The translations under genes and the position numbers were made by a program. The notes below the pieces were generated by a model. That model saw nothing but the letters and a program-made list of their open reading frames with translations, searched no databases and had not been told where the DNA came from. Shown here one piece after another: positions 26,150 through 40,415 of a stretch of 64,000 nt of DNA (position 1 is its first letter; each line of letters starts with the position of its first letter). The DNA is from Lama guanicoe. Taxonomy: Eukaryota. Location of the stretch: positions 3,845,802-3,909,801 of the forward strand of contig MU054400.1 of the NCBI GenBank assembly GCA_013239625.1, in the 5' to 3' direction.

Positions 26150-26912
26150 TGAATTACGTTGATTCCTCCTTGAAATATGTAGTCTAGTGTCTTCTCACCA
26201 CCTCCACAGCTTCCAGCCTGACGTCAGTCACCACCATTGCTTCCCTACATTGCTACAATCAGCTTTCAGTTTTATCCTTCTTTATCTATTCTCAACACTG
26301 TTGCCAGAAAACTCAGGTTAAAATCTGAGCTAGATTCTGATTTCCCCCTCAAAACCCCTCAGTGTCTCCCCATTTCTCTGGGAGTAAAACTGAAGTTCTT
26401 ACAATTCCTACAAGGCCCCTCCCTTTACTTCTGATCTCACTCCCCACCACTACCCTGCCTTCTTGCAGTTCCTTCATCACACCAGGAAAGCTCTTCAGGG
26501 CTTCACACTGGCTGTTCCCTCTGTCTAGAAAGCTTTCCTTCCCTTTGGTCATATCCTAATCTCTTTCATATCTTTGGTTAAAGAGGTTCACATTCTCCCT
26601 CCGTATCAAATTCTCCAAGAGGCCAATCTGACCATGCGTTTAAATTGTTACCCACCACGCTCTCTTCTGCTTTCTCAAACCCCCTCACCTGGTCTTATTT
26701 TTTACCCTTGTAGTACTGTGTGCACTTTGTCACCTGCCATGAAATTTAACTGTTTATTATGGTTATTTGTTTCTTGTCCATCTCCCTTCTCTGGAATATA
26801 AGTTCAACAAGGGCAGAGGCTTGCCTGTTTTGTTTACCAGTATGTACGCTAGTATGTAGACCATTACCTGGCTCATAGCAGACTCTCTAGAAATATTTGT
26901 GGATTGAATGAA
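26150..26912 (+). mobile_element. L2 LINE 3' end
   Basis: Ends aaatatttgtggattgaatgaa. Confidence 0.75.
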
Positions 26913-27159
26913 AGATACAGGACAAGTCAGGCTCTACAGCAATGGTTCTTGGGGAGCGTTTGATTCCCCTCTCTTGTCAGGTGTATCTGTACTGTTACAA
27001 AGTTCTGCTATTAAAACAGGATTGAAAATGAGCTCAGAAGCTTCAAAATAATGTACTCCTTCCTCCTTCCTTACTCTGTCTAGGGTTTTCAACATTCTCA
27101 TGATGGCTTTCTTTTCTTTTTTTATTTCAAATTTCTCAGATAATTGAGTTGGAACACTT

Positions 27160-27540
27160 CTTGAGTCAGTTAGGATGCGTATTGAGTATGATATAAAAAC
27201 TAAAGTGTCTTACACCAGAAGATAATTATTGGCTCACAAAACTGAGAGGTCAGAGGGGTAGTGTAGGCTTCAGGGCTAACTTTGTCCAGTAGTTATGCTG
27301 TCCTATGCATGTGGACCTTACCTTCGACCCTTCTATGTGTATGGACCTTACCTTTGAGCCGCTGACCAAGAGTGGCATAGTGGCAGTGGCAGTTCCAGAC
27401 TTCACAGCAGGAGAAAAGGCAGATTCCAGAAGCCAGGACAAACTTCCAAAGACTCTTACAAATTTCATTTTACATCTTACTATCTTTTGCTCGTTCAGAG
27501 TTCTTCTTACATCAGTCCCTAGTGAGGGGGATACCATTAA
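27160..27540 (-). mobile_element. Probable MaLR (MLT1-type) LTR fragment
   Basis: tgagtcagttaggatgc...attattggctcac start resembling antisense MLT1. Confidence 0.5.
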
Positions 27541-27548
27541 AGTTAGAC

Positions 27549-27751
27549 CAGGGTTTCTCTACCTCAGGCCTATTGGCATTTTGAGTTGGATAATTCTTTG
27601 CTGTGGGGGTTGTCCTGGGCTTGGCAGAATGTCTAGCAGTGTCCCTGACCTCTGCCTGAGGATGCCCTCCCCATAGTTGTGACAGTCAAAAACATCCCCA
27701 GGCATTGTCAAATGTCCCTGGAGGGCAACATTATGCCAGCTGAGAACCATG
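27549..27751 (-). mobile_element. MER20 (hAT-Charlie) DNA transposon, near full length
   Basis: cagggtttctc...ataattctttgctgtggggg...ttgtgacagtcaaaaacatcccc...gagaaccatg matches the recalled MER20 reverse complement. Confidence 0.85.
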
Positions 27752-27883
27752 CCTTAGCCCATCGGGCTCATGCTTGGAGCTAGGGCTTGAGGTCAGCTTG
27801 CTTTGGGGCACTTGGTTGCATGAGGGAGGATGGCATAGCGCAGTCTTTCGAAGACCTTCCTCCGAGTCGGGCTTAGACTGTAC

Positions 27884-28632
27884 TTTTTTTTTTTTTTAAT
27901 TGAAGTATAGTTGATTTACAATGTGTTAGTTTCAGGTGTACAACAAAGTGGTTCAGTTATACACATATATATTTATTCTTTTCAGATTCTTTTCCATTAT
28001 TTATAGGTTATTACAAGATATTGAATATAGTTCCCTGTGCTATACAGTAGGTCCTTGTTGTTTATTTTATATATAGTAATGTGTATATGTTAATTCCAAA
28101 CTACTACTTTATCCCTCCCTGTCTTCCTCCTTTGGTAACCATAAGTTTGTTTTCTATGTCTGTGAATCTACTTCTGGTTTCTAAATAAGTTCATTTATAT
28201 CATTTTTTTTTAAGATTCCATGTATAAGTGACATCATATGATATTTGTCTTTCTCCATCTGACTTCACTTAATTTGATAATCTCTAGGTTCATCCATGTT
28301 GCTGCAAATGTCATTATTTCATTCTTTTTAAAAAATTGAATTATAGTTGATTTACATATTTCATTCTTTTTATGGCTGAGTAATATTCCATTGTATATAT
28401 ACCACGTCTTCTTTATCCATTCATCTATAGGTGGACAGGTAGGTTGCTTCTATGTCTTGGCTATTGTAAACAGTGCTGCTGTGAACACTGGGGTGCAGAT
28501 ACCTTTTTGAATTAGAGTTTTCTCTGGATATATGTCCAGGAGTGGGATTGCTGGATCATATGCTAACTTTATTTTTAGTTCTTTAAGGAGCCTCCATACT
28601 GTTCTCCATAATGGCTGCACCAATTTACATTC
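27884..28632 (-). mobile_element. Relatively young 5'-truncated L1 3' end with poly(A)
   Basis: T-run at 27884-27897 then aattgaagtatagttgatttacaatg... and well-preserved L1 3'UTR/ORF2 end. Confidence 0.9.
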
Positions 28633-30069
28633 ACTGGATCAAGAATCTGAGAATATTCCTGGGTGCATATGTTACCCTTTAGAGCCTGCAGCCCTCCCAT
28701 TGCTAGTCAAAGCTGGGGCTTTCAGAACTCATGTCTAGGACATCTTTGTCTTTACAGACCCAACTGCTAGAAGACACCAGGAAGCTGCTGCCTTTCTCCT
28801 TGCCAATTAGCCCAGCACAGATGGAGTTCTTTCTCCCAGCACTGGTCACAGGGCCATGATGGAGAGAAATCAGGGCTGGATTATTCAGAAGAAAAAATCT
28901 GTACCTTTTCAAAAAGGGGTGTAGCTGGTGGTGGGTAGGCCTGTGGCAGTGTTGGTGATACAAAGATGGGAGAGGAAGGAAGGAAACTTCTATCAATTGT
29001 ATGACCATGGGGCTGAGCACTCCGTACGTGTGTCTGATTGTCCTCTTGCAGGTCTACAATTTGTGAGTTATGTTAGAAAGCAGAGGTTCAGAGAGTAAAA
29101 TCATAGGTGCATGGTAGCATGACTCTACTGGCTTATTCACAACTTGACCACAGTCTTTCAGACTTCAAAGGTTATGTTCTTTTTACTCCACCATGCACCA
29201 AGCTCTTATCCCCTGCCTGAGCCCTCACATCCCAAAGAGCCACTGTTCCTTTCTGAATTCTCCTTTTCTGAGGCTGCTCTCTGATTCAGTGGTCTCAGCT
29301 GTAAATCCAGCTCTGCCTCTATTTTGCTTTGATCTTGGGCAAGTTACCTTCCCTGGTCTTCAGTTTCCCTAACTGTAAGCAAGAGACAAGGAATATGATG
29401 CCAAACATCTGGTCACTCTTCTTGACTGGTCACAAGCAGTTCAGTTCTCATGAGTAACTTATTCTGGGGTGTGTATTTTAATGAGTTTATATATTTATGA
29501 TCATTTATTTTTACTGATTAAATCTAAGTAAAAAATTAAATTATGTATATTTTGGGGTTTTTAGATTTATCTTCTATGATATTAAATTTCTCTCTATGGT
29601 TGTGATATAAAATAAATCTTATTTTTAAATCCATAGAGATTTAACTTCATTAGTAATTTAAAAATGAATATTCTGTAGAACAATATTATTATGGATTACT
29701 TATATTTAACTAGATAAACCAAGCCATGTCTTTCTGAAATAACATTATATGCAGTAAAAGTTGCATGTGAATGACTGAGCAGTAATCTGAATATGAGCTT
29801 GTTCTCTGTATCTATGTTTTGGGCCTTTTAAGATACAGCTTATGTAAATTATTAAAAGAATAATTAAAACAAAAAAAAACTTCTAAAATATGTACATTTA
29901 AAAGATTATTTAAAGAAAACTAGTAATAATTATCAAGAGATGTCAAAAATCATGAAGGTGACATACATGATTGAACTTTGGGAAACACTGGACCCAAGGG
30001 AGAGAAGAGAACATGCCCAGAATTAAACATTTGAGTCTGTCAAACATCTAGACATTAAGAGAAATGAGA

Positions 30070-30235
30070 GGGAATGGGGAACAGCTCAAGTGGTAGAACA
30101 CATGCTTAGCATATACAGGGTCCTGGGTTCAATCCCCAGTACCTCCTCTAAAAATGAATAAGTAAACCTAATTACCTCCCCCCTAAAAAATAAATAAATT
30201 TAAAATTTTTCTTTAAAAAATTAAAAAAAAAGAAA
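30070..30235 (+). mobile_element. tRNA-derived SINE (vic-1-like)
   Basis: AGCTCAAGTGGTAGAAC...CCTGGGTTCAATCCCCAGTACCTCC plus A-rich tail. Confidence 0.88.
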
Positions 30236-30803
30236 AATAAGAGATTGTGATATGTAAATCTTCTCTCTCACCTATTTTGGCCGGATGGATGTCAAATGTA
30301 CCAAAAATGCCATGTCAAGATGTTCAGGGGTTCCCTTGAGTGGGGAGGATCCGCAACCAGCCTAGGTCAAGGCATTTAACTATTGGCATTGGGTGTGGTT
30401 AACATAGTGCCTCAAATTTCCAGAAGCAATCCCTGCTAAGTACCATCTATTGCTTTGAAACTATTCTCTCCTGGGCCAAAGAGGTGGAAGCTGGAAAGAG
30501 AGAAAGGCAGTGAAGGGGATGGGAAATGTGAAGTAGTATTTAGACATCAAGGTGGTGGAAGTGGGGCAGCTTTGCAATTTGGTGAGAGAAAATTAAGCCT
30601 AAATTAGGGCTATACTAACAATACATAAGGAGAAAATATAGCTTGAAGTATAGTCTTCATTACAGAAAATGGGGTACAGTTTGATTAAATGAAAATAATA
30701 AGTAAAATATATTAATGGTCCTAATCTTGAACTGTCCTAGTGTTCTTGAACTGATGTACTTTATCCCCTGGGCAGGAAACAAACCAAAGTGCCTCTCAGG
30801 GTG

Positions 30804-30932
30804 GGGCTGCCAGATAAAATATTTGGGACATATTTATACTAAAAAATTGCTTGTTGTTTATCTGAAACACAAATTTACCTGGGTGGGTCTGTGTTAATTA
30901 ACTAATTTTGTTGTTGCTAACTTGGCTGTCTC
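30804..30932 (+). mobile_element. MER53-like hAT MITE, internally deleted
   Basis: gggctgccagataaaata joined to tgggacatatttatactaaaaaatt...tttatctgaaa. Confidence 0.7.
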
Positions 30933-31079
30933 CAGTATCTTCCAGAGGCTTTTGGTTAAAGCTTGCACTCTTGGCAAGTATTCACCCAACTGAAGAATAT
31001 TTACGGGTTCTCAGATTGTCTAACTATGTTTTCTTCTTGCAGTGACCGTATAAAGAGCTTCCTTTCTCCCTGCACCATG

Positions 31080-33590
31080 TTGTGTTTTGAAAAATATCAG
31101 ACCTGCAGAAAATTTGCAAGAAATGTGCAATGAATATCCATATACCATTTATGTAATTTACCAGTTTTAACATTTTGTCACATTTTCTTCCTTTCTCTCC
31201 CTCCCTCCTTTCCTGAACTATTTGAGAGTTAGTTGCAGACATCTAGACCCCTAGCCCTCCAAACTCTCAGCATATATCTTTCAAAAATGAGGATTTTTCC
31301 TGTATTAACCACACTGCAGTGATCACATTCAGGACATTTAATGTTGACACAGTGCTACTTCTAATGTGCAGTTCATATTTAGGTTTCTGCAATTGTCTCA
31401 ATAATGTCCTTAACGTTGTTTTATTTTTATATTTTCATTCAGGATTTGAGCAAGAATCATGCATTGCATTGCTTGTTTTTATGTCTCTTAAGGTTCTTTA
31501 ATGTAGCACAGGTTGACAATCTTTTTGTCGTTATTTTTCATTCATGATACTGACTTTTCTATTTTTTTGGGGGGAGGGAGTAATTAAGTATGCATGTCTT
31601 TATTTTAATGGTGGTCCTGGGGACTGAACCCAGGACCTTGTGCGTGCTAAGTACGCACTCTACCACTGAGCTATACCCTCCCTCCTGATATTTTTGAAGA
31701 GTCTAAGCCAATTCTTTTACCCATGGTTAAACTTAGACTAAACAGTTTTGGCAGGATTACCATTACATAGGTGAGGTATCACACATCTGAGTGTGTCCCA
31801 GCAGAGGACATGTAATGTGAATGTGTCCTTTTAATGATGATAAGTTGGATCATTTGGTTATTTCTCCATTATAAAGATTCCTTTTTTCTCCTTGTAGTTA
31901 ATCAGTGACTTGTGATGGGATACTTTGTGCTGTGTGAGATCCTTTCACCCCATCTTTCACCCAGTGGTTTTTGTATCCACCGATGATTCTCTCCTGGAAT
32001 CAAATATTACCATGGTAGTTGTGAAATACTGAATTTCTGTTTCTTTCATCTTTTGTGTTAGTTGGCCTTCTTTATAGGAGGGCTTTCCCTTCTCCTCCTG
32101 ATCCATTAAAAAAAAATCAGTGTGAACTCATGGATTCTGTTTTCAGTGTTTTATAATCTATTCCTGTCATCTGTTTTCATGCTCAAATTGTCCCAGATTG
32201 GGCAAGTGGCAGCCCCGTAAATGGATTCTTATATCTCTTTGACATATCTTCCTCAGTTTTGAGCACTTCCTTAATTTCTGTCACAAGATGTTCCAGACTC
32301 ACCTTGAAAGTAGGTATTTTCCCTAAAGCTTTGGGGAATGGTGTCTAGAAAGCAAGACTTGGGTGCCGTGTGTGCTCATTTCTCTGGGGTGAAATTGCTT
32401 CTGGGCCCTCTCAATGGGCCAGTACTGGAGACACTTTAAAAGCCATGAGTTCATAATGATGCATCTAACTGATAGCTAGTCCAATAGTTTAGAATTATTC
32501 CTCCATCCCATATTTGTCTCTCTTCTCCCACAGTGAATTCTCTGCTTCCTCAAAACATCAATATATTTACCCATTTGCTCATTTCTACAACAGGCATAAA
32601 ACAGTTTCAGAATTGCCTTGCCAACATCGTTACCCAGAACATGCTTACCAAGTAAAGTTCAGGATTTTTTGTTGTTGTTAAAATACGTCCCACTGAAAGT
32701 TTATAGTCAGAATGATTTGTTATTATGTTCAAAAGTTTTTTGGATTAATTCTTTTGTTTTTGGAACTGTGTTATGAACTTGGTTATAATCAAGTTTATTC
32801 ATTTCTTTCACTTTCAGGTCCTCATACCCACCCATTCTTATTGATTTAATTCAAGTTTTTGAATATGTAAAATGCTAACAAATCTATACAAAAAGTTATA
32901 TTCAGACAGGTCCTGTCTGCTTTCCATCTCTTCCATTTCATCTCCCTAACCCCCACAGGTAATCAGACTTGTTTCTTGTTTATCTTTTCTGTATTTCTTT
33001 TTTATAAAAATAGATGGATAAATATGTATTTTACCTTTATATATAAAATGTAGCATACTACGTATAATCTTTAGCACCTCGATTTTTATTTTTACCTAAT
33101 ATATTCTGGAAATCAGTTTATGTCATTTCATAGAAACCTTATTTTTAAAAAAAAATTCCAGCTGTATGGTACTCCACTGGGTAAAGGCACCATAGTTGAT
33201 TCAGTCAAACTCCTATGTATGGGCCTTGCGGGTGTTTCCAATATTTTGCAATTACAAAAAATGCTGCAATGAATAATCTTATGTGTGTGTTTTCTTGTAT
33301 TGTTGGAAGTGTACTTTCAGGGTAAATTCCTGGAAGTGTGATTCCTGGGCCAAAGGTTAGGTGCACATTTCGTTTTGCTAGGTACTGCCCAATTACCTTC
33401 CCTGGGGATTTTGTACTATTTTGTACTTGCTGGGAGCAAATGTGTGCCTGTTTCCCCACAGTCTGTCCAACAGATGTTTTGTCAAAAGTTAACCTTTTTT
33501 TCCAATATAATGGGTGAGAAATAGCATCTCATATAGTTTTAACATGCACTTCTTTTTGATGAGCTGAGCATCTTTTTATATGTCCTTTTT
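31080..33590 (-). mobile_element. Old L1 (L1MC/ME-type) 3' region
   Basis: Degenerate antisense L1 3'UTR/ORF2-end motifs. Confidence 0.7.
31561..31684 (-). mobile_element. tRNA-derived SINE (vic-1-like)
   Basis: Same consensus, nested in an old L1. Confidence 0.85.
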
Positions 33591-34349
33591 AAAGTAGGCA
33601 TAAAACTTGGGTGATACTACTGGAACGGAATCATCTGTGCTACAATCAAACGAAACAGAGCTTTTCAAAGAATCTGTCCATGGTTCCATGTACACAAGAA
33701 GTAGTTTTATAATGTATCAGAGGGCAGTGATCTTCATGATAAAACTTTATTTTGTAATGATATTGCAGAACAGTTTGCTGTGTGAGTTAAAAAAAAACCA
33801 CTCCACTATCTGAATTAAATAAATTGGGTGTTTGCTTTTGCAATTTAGAGAAAGGTTAATAATAATCTCTATTTGGTGTTACAAAAGGCTCTCACTTTAA
33901 TCCTGTGGGGTACGTAGGGCAAGGGTTATTGCCCATTTAAAGATGAGGAAACAGACTGAGTGACGTTTGGGAACTTACCCAAAGCCATGGGACTAATAAG
34001 TGCCAGAATCAGAATTAAAACTCAGGTTGTTTGACTCCTAATTCAATATTCTTTAAGTAACTGAAGATTAATACTGAATTACAAATTTACATACTGGGCA
34101 TTTGTGTTTTGATAGTGGTTCAGTATTGGGAGTTTTTCTTATATATTGATGAAAAAGTCATTTGAAAATATGAATTATTTAAAGAAGTTACTCGGTTAAC
34201 AAAGTTAATTAAATACTTTTCTGATTTTGGGCGTGCTGTTATGCAGGCTAAGCCATTGGTTGGTAGTCTATAGAGATGCTGCAAAAAATGGGGATAAAGA
34301 GTAAATGGGTCTCATTTGCCATTTTCAGACTTTTTTGGCGATTCCTGTC

Positions 34350-34865
34350 AATTTCCCTTCGATGGCTTCCCACTGCTTTTGAGATAAAGACTGACATTAT
34401 CATATGGCCCACAGTCCCCAAGAGCCTGGTCCTTCCCAGCCTTCCAACCTCACGCTGCTCATTCTCCTTGGAGTCTGTTTGCCGTAGCCATTCTTCGCCA
34501 CCTTTCATTCTCAAACCTGCCACCCCAGGACCACCTTCTTCCTGGGCTCCCCTTTCTTCCCCCAGTTAACACCCCATCACTCAGTGCTCAGATCAATAAG
34601 AGTACTCAGGTCACTTATTCAGGGAGGCTTCTCTGATCTTCCTGGCTGGCCACCCTCTCTTGTTATTTTCTCTCATAGTGCCATGTACTCCTCCATAGCA
34701 ATTTTATGAATGTTTGTGCAATTACTTGATCAATGTGTATCTCTCCCACTAGTGTGCAGACACCAGGGGAGCAAGAACTCTGGTTTTGTCACCGTGGTGT
34801 TCCGCAGCCTAGTGTGGTGCCTGGCACGTAGGAGGAGTTCAGCCAGCACTGCTGGATGAGTGATG
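34350..34865 (+). mobile_element. L2 LINE 3' end
   Basis: ttttgtcaccgtggtgttccgcagcctagtgtggtgcctggcacgtagg pattern. Confidence 0.65.
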
Positions 34866-36740
34866 GTGTGCATGGTTGCATGCATGCATGAGCACGGGCA
34901 GTTCCCTCGGCTTGGCATGCCACTTTCATACCTTCTCATCTTCTATAGGTCTTTTTCACCTTTCCCTACCTGCTTATGACATTTTGAGCCTTTGGTAGAC
35001 ATATGTATGTTTAATCACATTGCCTCTCTAGTGCCTGCTTCTGCATGTGTATCCTCTGTTTTTGTAACCTGTCAACTCAGACACAAATCCCGCACATATC
35101 ATAACCCACTCCTAAGCATTTATGGATTTAGTGGTTTTGGTGAGAATCTGAGGAGCTGTCTCCTCCATCACATGGCCTCCCATCATTCACTGACTTTCCC
35201 CTCCTAACTCTTCTTCCTCTTCCACTTCAGGAATGTCAACAGGCATCTCACCCCACGCAGGGTAGTTTTGCAGAAGCCATGGTCCCAGGCAGCATCCATG
35301 ACCTGACAGGTATTCTCCTTCTCCAAGTGGACTGAACCAGGCCTTTTCCCAACAAACATGGACCGTGTGCAAGATGAATTCTAGTACTAGCTACTAAAGG
35401 AAAGTAGTACAAAATAATACAATTTCATTGTGTTATATTGGAATGATACAATTTCTGGTCAAGTTTGAAGGCTGTCCAGTACTCTGGCCAATGCCATCAG
35501 GGGAGAGATTGGAAAGGAGGGTGAGAGGAAGTGAGGATAATGAGTAACTTTCTCACGCTTCATAAGACATGTTTTTCCTACTGCTGTCCTATCCCAGGGC
35601 CTTGCTACTGTTACTTCCAGCCACCCCCTTCTGCCCCATTTCTACCTCCAGACAAAATCATAGAAAAGATTATATTCTCAAGAGTTCCTCTGAGGACACT
35701 TGGGCCAAAAAACAGATTCGGGACAGGCCATTTCAGTTTCTAGATTTAGCGGGTAGTACCCGCGGCCAGGTCAGGGAGTCCTCATTGTGATGCTCCATCT
35801 TCCTTTGCAAACACTCTAGTGTGTCAGAGATTTTGAAGTGGGTGTCTCTGCCATCCTCAGTTCTTTCAGGTTTTGTTGCATTTCTTTATCCAGAGCTACC
35901 TTGTACAAGCATCTCTTGTGATGTGGTTGTCATTTTAGAGTTGGAGGTTTTAGTGCCTACCCTGGAGAGCTTTAGTTTTGTTCTGTACCAGGTGTTCATA
36001 AGTTCATGAGCCTTTATCTAGATAAATAAACAATAACAAACTGCCATCCTACTCCACCCAACAGTTGTCAAGCCCTTTTTGTGTGCCAGGCACAGAACTG
36101 TGGTGTTTATCTTCATTATCTCCTCATAGCCTTACAATTGCCCTTCAAGACAGACTGGGTCATTATCCCCATCATATAGGTGTGGGACTGGGACTTAGGA
36201 TAAGAAGCTTGTCTTAAGACACACAGCTCTGAATAGCAGAGCCAGGATCAGAACCTCTGACTCACACCAAAGCCCGTGAGCCTGAAAGTCAAGATACTTA
36301 CCATGGCTCGGGGAGGAAGGGGTGAGGAATGAAAACCAGTGTTTTGTTAAGTCAACAGATATGTTTACACTCTCTGCAGGAACAGTGAAATTTCCCCATA
36401 GGAGTCACATCAGAAGAGACAGTAACTCCTAAAAACACATTGGTGAACTTGGCTCTGCCTTAGTTGCTGTTAGCTCTTGTTTTCACTCATCAGTGTCTGT
36501 CTTTTCCTTTGCCATTGTCTCTTTGTTATTCGTTAATCAAAGAGCTGCAACCAGCTCTCTTTTGGAATAACTATTTTTATAGTTTTCTAGAAAAAAATCT
36601 GCTTCCCTTTTCACTTTTTCCTAGGGTCTCTTCCCACAAAAGGCAGTATCCCTGAATTTGTATCAATCCAGGCATTAGAGAGCCAAGATCAGAAACCTGT
36701 GTAAGTTTTTAAGGTTTTTTACTTCCTTACCCTCCCCAAA

Positions 36741-36741
36741 C

Positions 36742-36782
<41 letters not shown>
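36741..36782. repeat. (CT)n(CA)n microsatellite
   Basis: Seen directly. Confidence 0.9.
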
Positions 36783-37684
36783 TTGCTTTTACATTGTCAT
36801 TATTAGAGACAAAAACTTTAAAACTGCCGATGCAGGTAGTCAGTTAAGATGACTTCAAAGTACGTTGAGTTTGTGTGAAAGTGGGATGGGGGACAGTTGC
36901 AGTCTCAAGATCTAGCCCTCTGCGAGCCCCTCCAGAGCCTGCTGACAGACCACAAAGGTTTATGCAGCAGGAGGGCTAACGACATCCTCCCTTCTAGAAA
37001 GATGGAGTGACTCAGAATACAGATGTTTCGCCTACCCCTGCATTTGTAATTTTGAGCTGGCTCTGGCAATTCCCAGGGAGTCTTTGAATCATCTGTTCTT
37101 ATATTTCCTCATGCTGCTGCTCTTTTCAGAACAATCTAGGACATGTCAGCTGAAAAAAGTTGCTTGCAAAGAGAGAATGGCTTTTTCTGTGGGGGTGGGG
37201 ACACAGAGTTCTCTGTCCCTCTACACATGGGAACACGGTGGAGAGAATGAACTAATAATTCTCAGAGAAACGGCTGAATTCTCATGAGGCCAGATACCTG
37301 GAGATCTTCATGAAACGAAGGCAGTTTAATGTAACTTTTAACTTTAGTCTTGGTGTGTATAAAATGAAGACACGGTCATTTCACTTTAATAAGTAAATAC
37401 TAACACAAAGGAGATGAACCAGAGAAACCTGAATCTGTGGACAGCCTGATAAGGTAAAAATAAACTAGGTACCTACTGAGAAATCTTTTTTTGTGCAGTG
37501 TGCCCCAGGGCTCTGTCACTCCTGGTAATTTTTTTCCATCTGTATAAGCATGTCCCAGTCCAAGCAGACCTTGGGTTTAGATAAACAGATTGTTTATTTG
37601 GATAAATCAGGTGAGTTCCTGAATTGCCCTGGCACAGGAGAAAGTATCCGATTTTTCTGTCGAGTATTTATCTGTGCCAAGTTA

Positions 37685-38055
37685 AAAAATTGTAGTAAAG
37701 TACATACAGAATTTATAATCTTAACCGTTTCTAAGTGTACAGTTCAGTGGTATTAAGTTCATTCATGTTGCTGAGTTACCATGAACACCATCCATCTCCA
37801 GAACGATTTCATTTTCTCAAGTTGAAACTCTGTACCCATGAAACAATTACTCCCCACTCTATCCAGCTCCTTGCAACCACCATTATACTTTCTGTCTCTG
37901 TGAATTTGATTATTCCACATGTAAGTGGAATTGCGCAGTATTCATCCTTTTGTGACTAGCTTCTTTTACTTAGCATAATGTCTTCAAGGCTGACCCAAGC
38001 ATGTGTCAGAATATCCTTCCTTTTTAAGGCTGACTAATATTCCACTGTATGTATT
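37685..38055 (-). mobile_element. L1MB-type 3' end
   Basis: aagtgtacagttcagtggtattaag...ccatccatctccagaac...tttttaaggctgactaatattcc. Confidence 0.8.
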
Positions 38056-40415
38056 TAACTGATTGTTCTCTATGGGAACTTGAGTCAGATCTTTAACGTG
38101 GCAGCTGGTACCTGTTGCACCAGTAGTTCTGGGAATGGACTAAAAAATGCAGAGTCAGAGTAGAGGGCTGGGAGTGGAAGAAGATGTAGGTTATATTCTT
38201 TACTTCAGCTGAGCAGCACAGTAATAGCAGTCAAGGAGATACAGGAGTGCCTGTCAGCCACTGGACACCATTTCCATGGCTCCTCTCTCAGGGTCCATCC
38301 CACTGGAAGCTTGCACATAGATGACACTTCTAACATCTGGCTTGCTCCTGACAGTGCCTTTTGTGCCACTGGGATCCATGATCTTTTGTCTGTAACACTC
38401 ATGAGAGAGATAGTTCTGCTGTCAGGATTATGTACTTGATAAGGATTCTTGATACACAGCAAATCTGAGTGAGAGAAATTGTTGAAGTTTAATGTCTTCA
38501 GCCTTTAACTGACTAAGATCAAAGGATTTCATGTTTGGAATTCAACCTCTTTGGAAACGTAGTCATTGACGTAGGTTCATTTTAAAATTTGGGCGTCTTT
38601 GCATTGTTGGCTTTGTGTTAGCTGGATTGCTTTAGACTTTTGTAAGATCTCTGGTGAGTGATGTTAAGCACTGAGTGGAACATCATTTGAAGTGGAAAAT
38701 AGAGAAGGCAATGAATTTTGGCCTACAGTGTGCATGGCCTTGAAGTTATCTTAGTATTCCGTTTTGACCTGTGTCAGAGCCCTCTGGCGCAGTAGCTGGC
38801 TGCCCACTTCACAGCCCCCAGGGCAGGTGTGGGGAGCAGAGGCCCACCCTCATCTGGGTAGAGGAGGAACTTCCCAGACAGGCTGTGCTGCATCTGACTG
38901 GCATCCTGCTCATCCAGACCTGCGAGCTGGTGCTCCCTTATTCAGCTTTATGAGGCTTCCTATTACTCTGCTCTGTGGGGCATTTGGCACTTGATCAGCC
39001 CCCTAATAAAGTTGTTTTGGGGTCCTCATTTAGATCTCTGTGTCAATTCTTCACTGGTTGTAGCGAGGGTGAGAGGACGGATGAGTAGATGGTTATGGTT
39101 GTCAACGTCTTGAATTTATTTCAAGCATAAAGAGTTGGCAAGCCTGTGTTAATCCTTAAACTTAAAAACTTTTTTTTTCCAAACTGACCCATGGACTCAT
39201 GGTTTGGAATCCACTTCCTTAAAGGCCACGTAGACCTACATGGTCACTTTACATATGCACTAGGTGGCAGTAGAGTCAAAGAAAAACATCCAAAGCAGCT
39301 TGGGTGACTTTTTCCACAAAGCTGGGATGAGGGTGGAGCCAGAGCAAAATCTGTATAAAGACAAAGTTATGTTACCGCAGAGGCGTGAGATCCAACATAT
39401 CTTATGCTCGTTTTGGAAAAATGTGTTTGGGGTTGAATCTCTCTCTTTCTCTCTTTCTCTCTCCACATCTCTTAAGTGAAGCATTAGACATCGATTAAAT
39501 CGAACTTCTAATACATGGTGTAACTTTTAGTTGGCAAGGTGAAGATTTTAATTAGAGTTTGTCCTTAAAAATAGCTCCTGGGTTTGTTTATATGTATTAT
39601 GTATATTATTATTATATTGTTATATTGTTAATACATATATATTACATATACATTGTTTAGAGAGAGAGAGAGGGAGAGAGAGAGAATTTTCCTGCTACTC
39701 AGGATCAGTTAGGTCTCAGAGGACATTTAATGTGAAAATTGGAAACCCTGAGGAAATCAGCTCTTCAGTGGTTTTCAAATACTTCAGTAAGAAATTTAGA
39801 GTAATGTCAAGATTCTCAAAATAACAATAAAAATAATAAATATACAGAGGGGGGATAAAGCAAATGTGTTAAACTGTTAGCAGCTGGTGAACCTGGGTGG
39901 AAGGTATATGGTGTTCATTGTATTGCTCTTGTAATTGTTTCACAGCTTTAAATTTTTTCAGAATAAAAAACAGAAAATAGGAAAAAAAAGCTAAGAAACA
40001 CTTATTTGTGTGGGTGAAGAACTAAAAACAAATTGAATGTTCAATAATTGGGAAATAGTTAAGACACCTTAAAACATTTGTTCAATAAACTATTAAGTGT
40101 CCATTAATGTGATGATGACAAGTGGAAATGATTACGAATAAACAGTGAATGAAAATGGCAGGCTGTAAAACTTTCTGTGGAGTGGGATCTCATTATTGTC
40201 GGAAAAAACACACATTCCGGGAACTAGATAGAAAAGCTACTTTACCAGGAATGCTAATGCCTAGGTGTTTGTGTTATGGATGATATTTATTTTCATTGTG
40301 TTTTTGTGTATTTGCATTTTCCCGAACTTTTTATTATAAATCTCTTCAAACTATCAGAAAATTTGAAAGGCTCATATAGTAAAAGCCATGTACCCTCTGC
40401 TTAGATTCAACAGTT

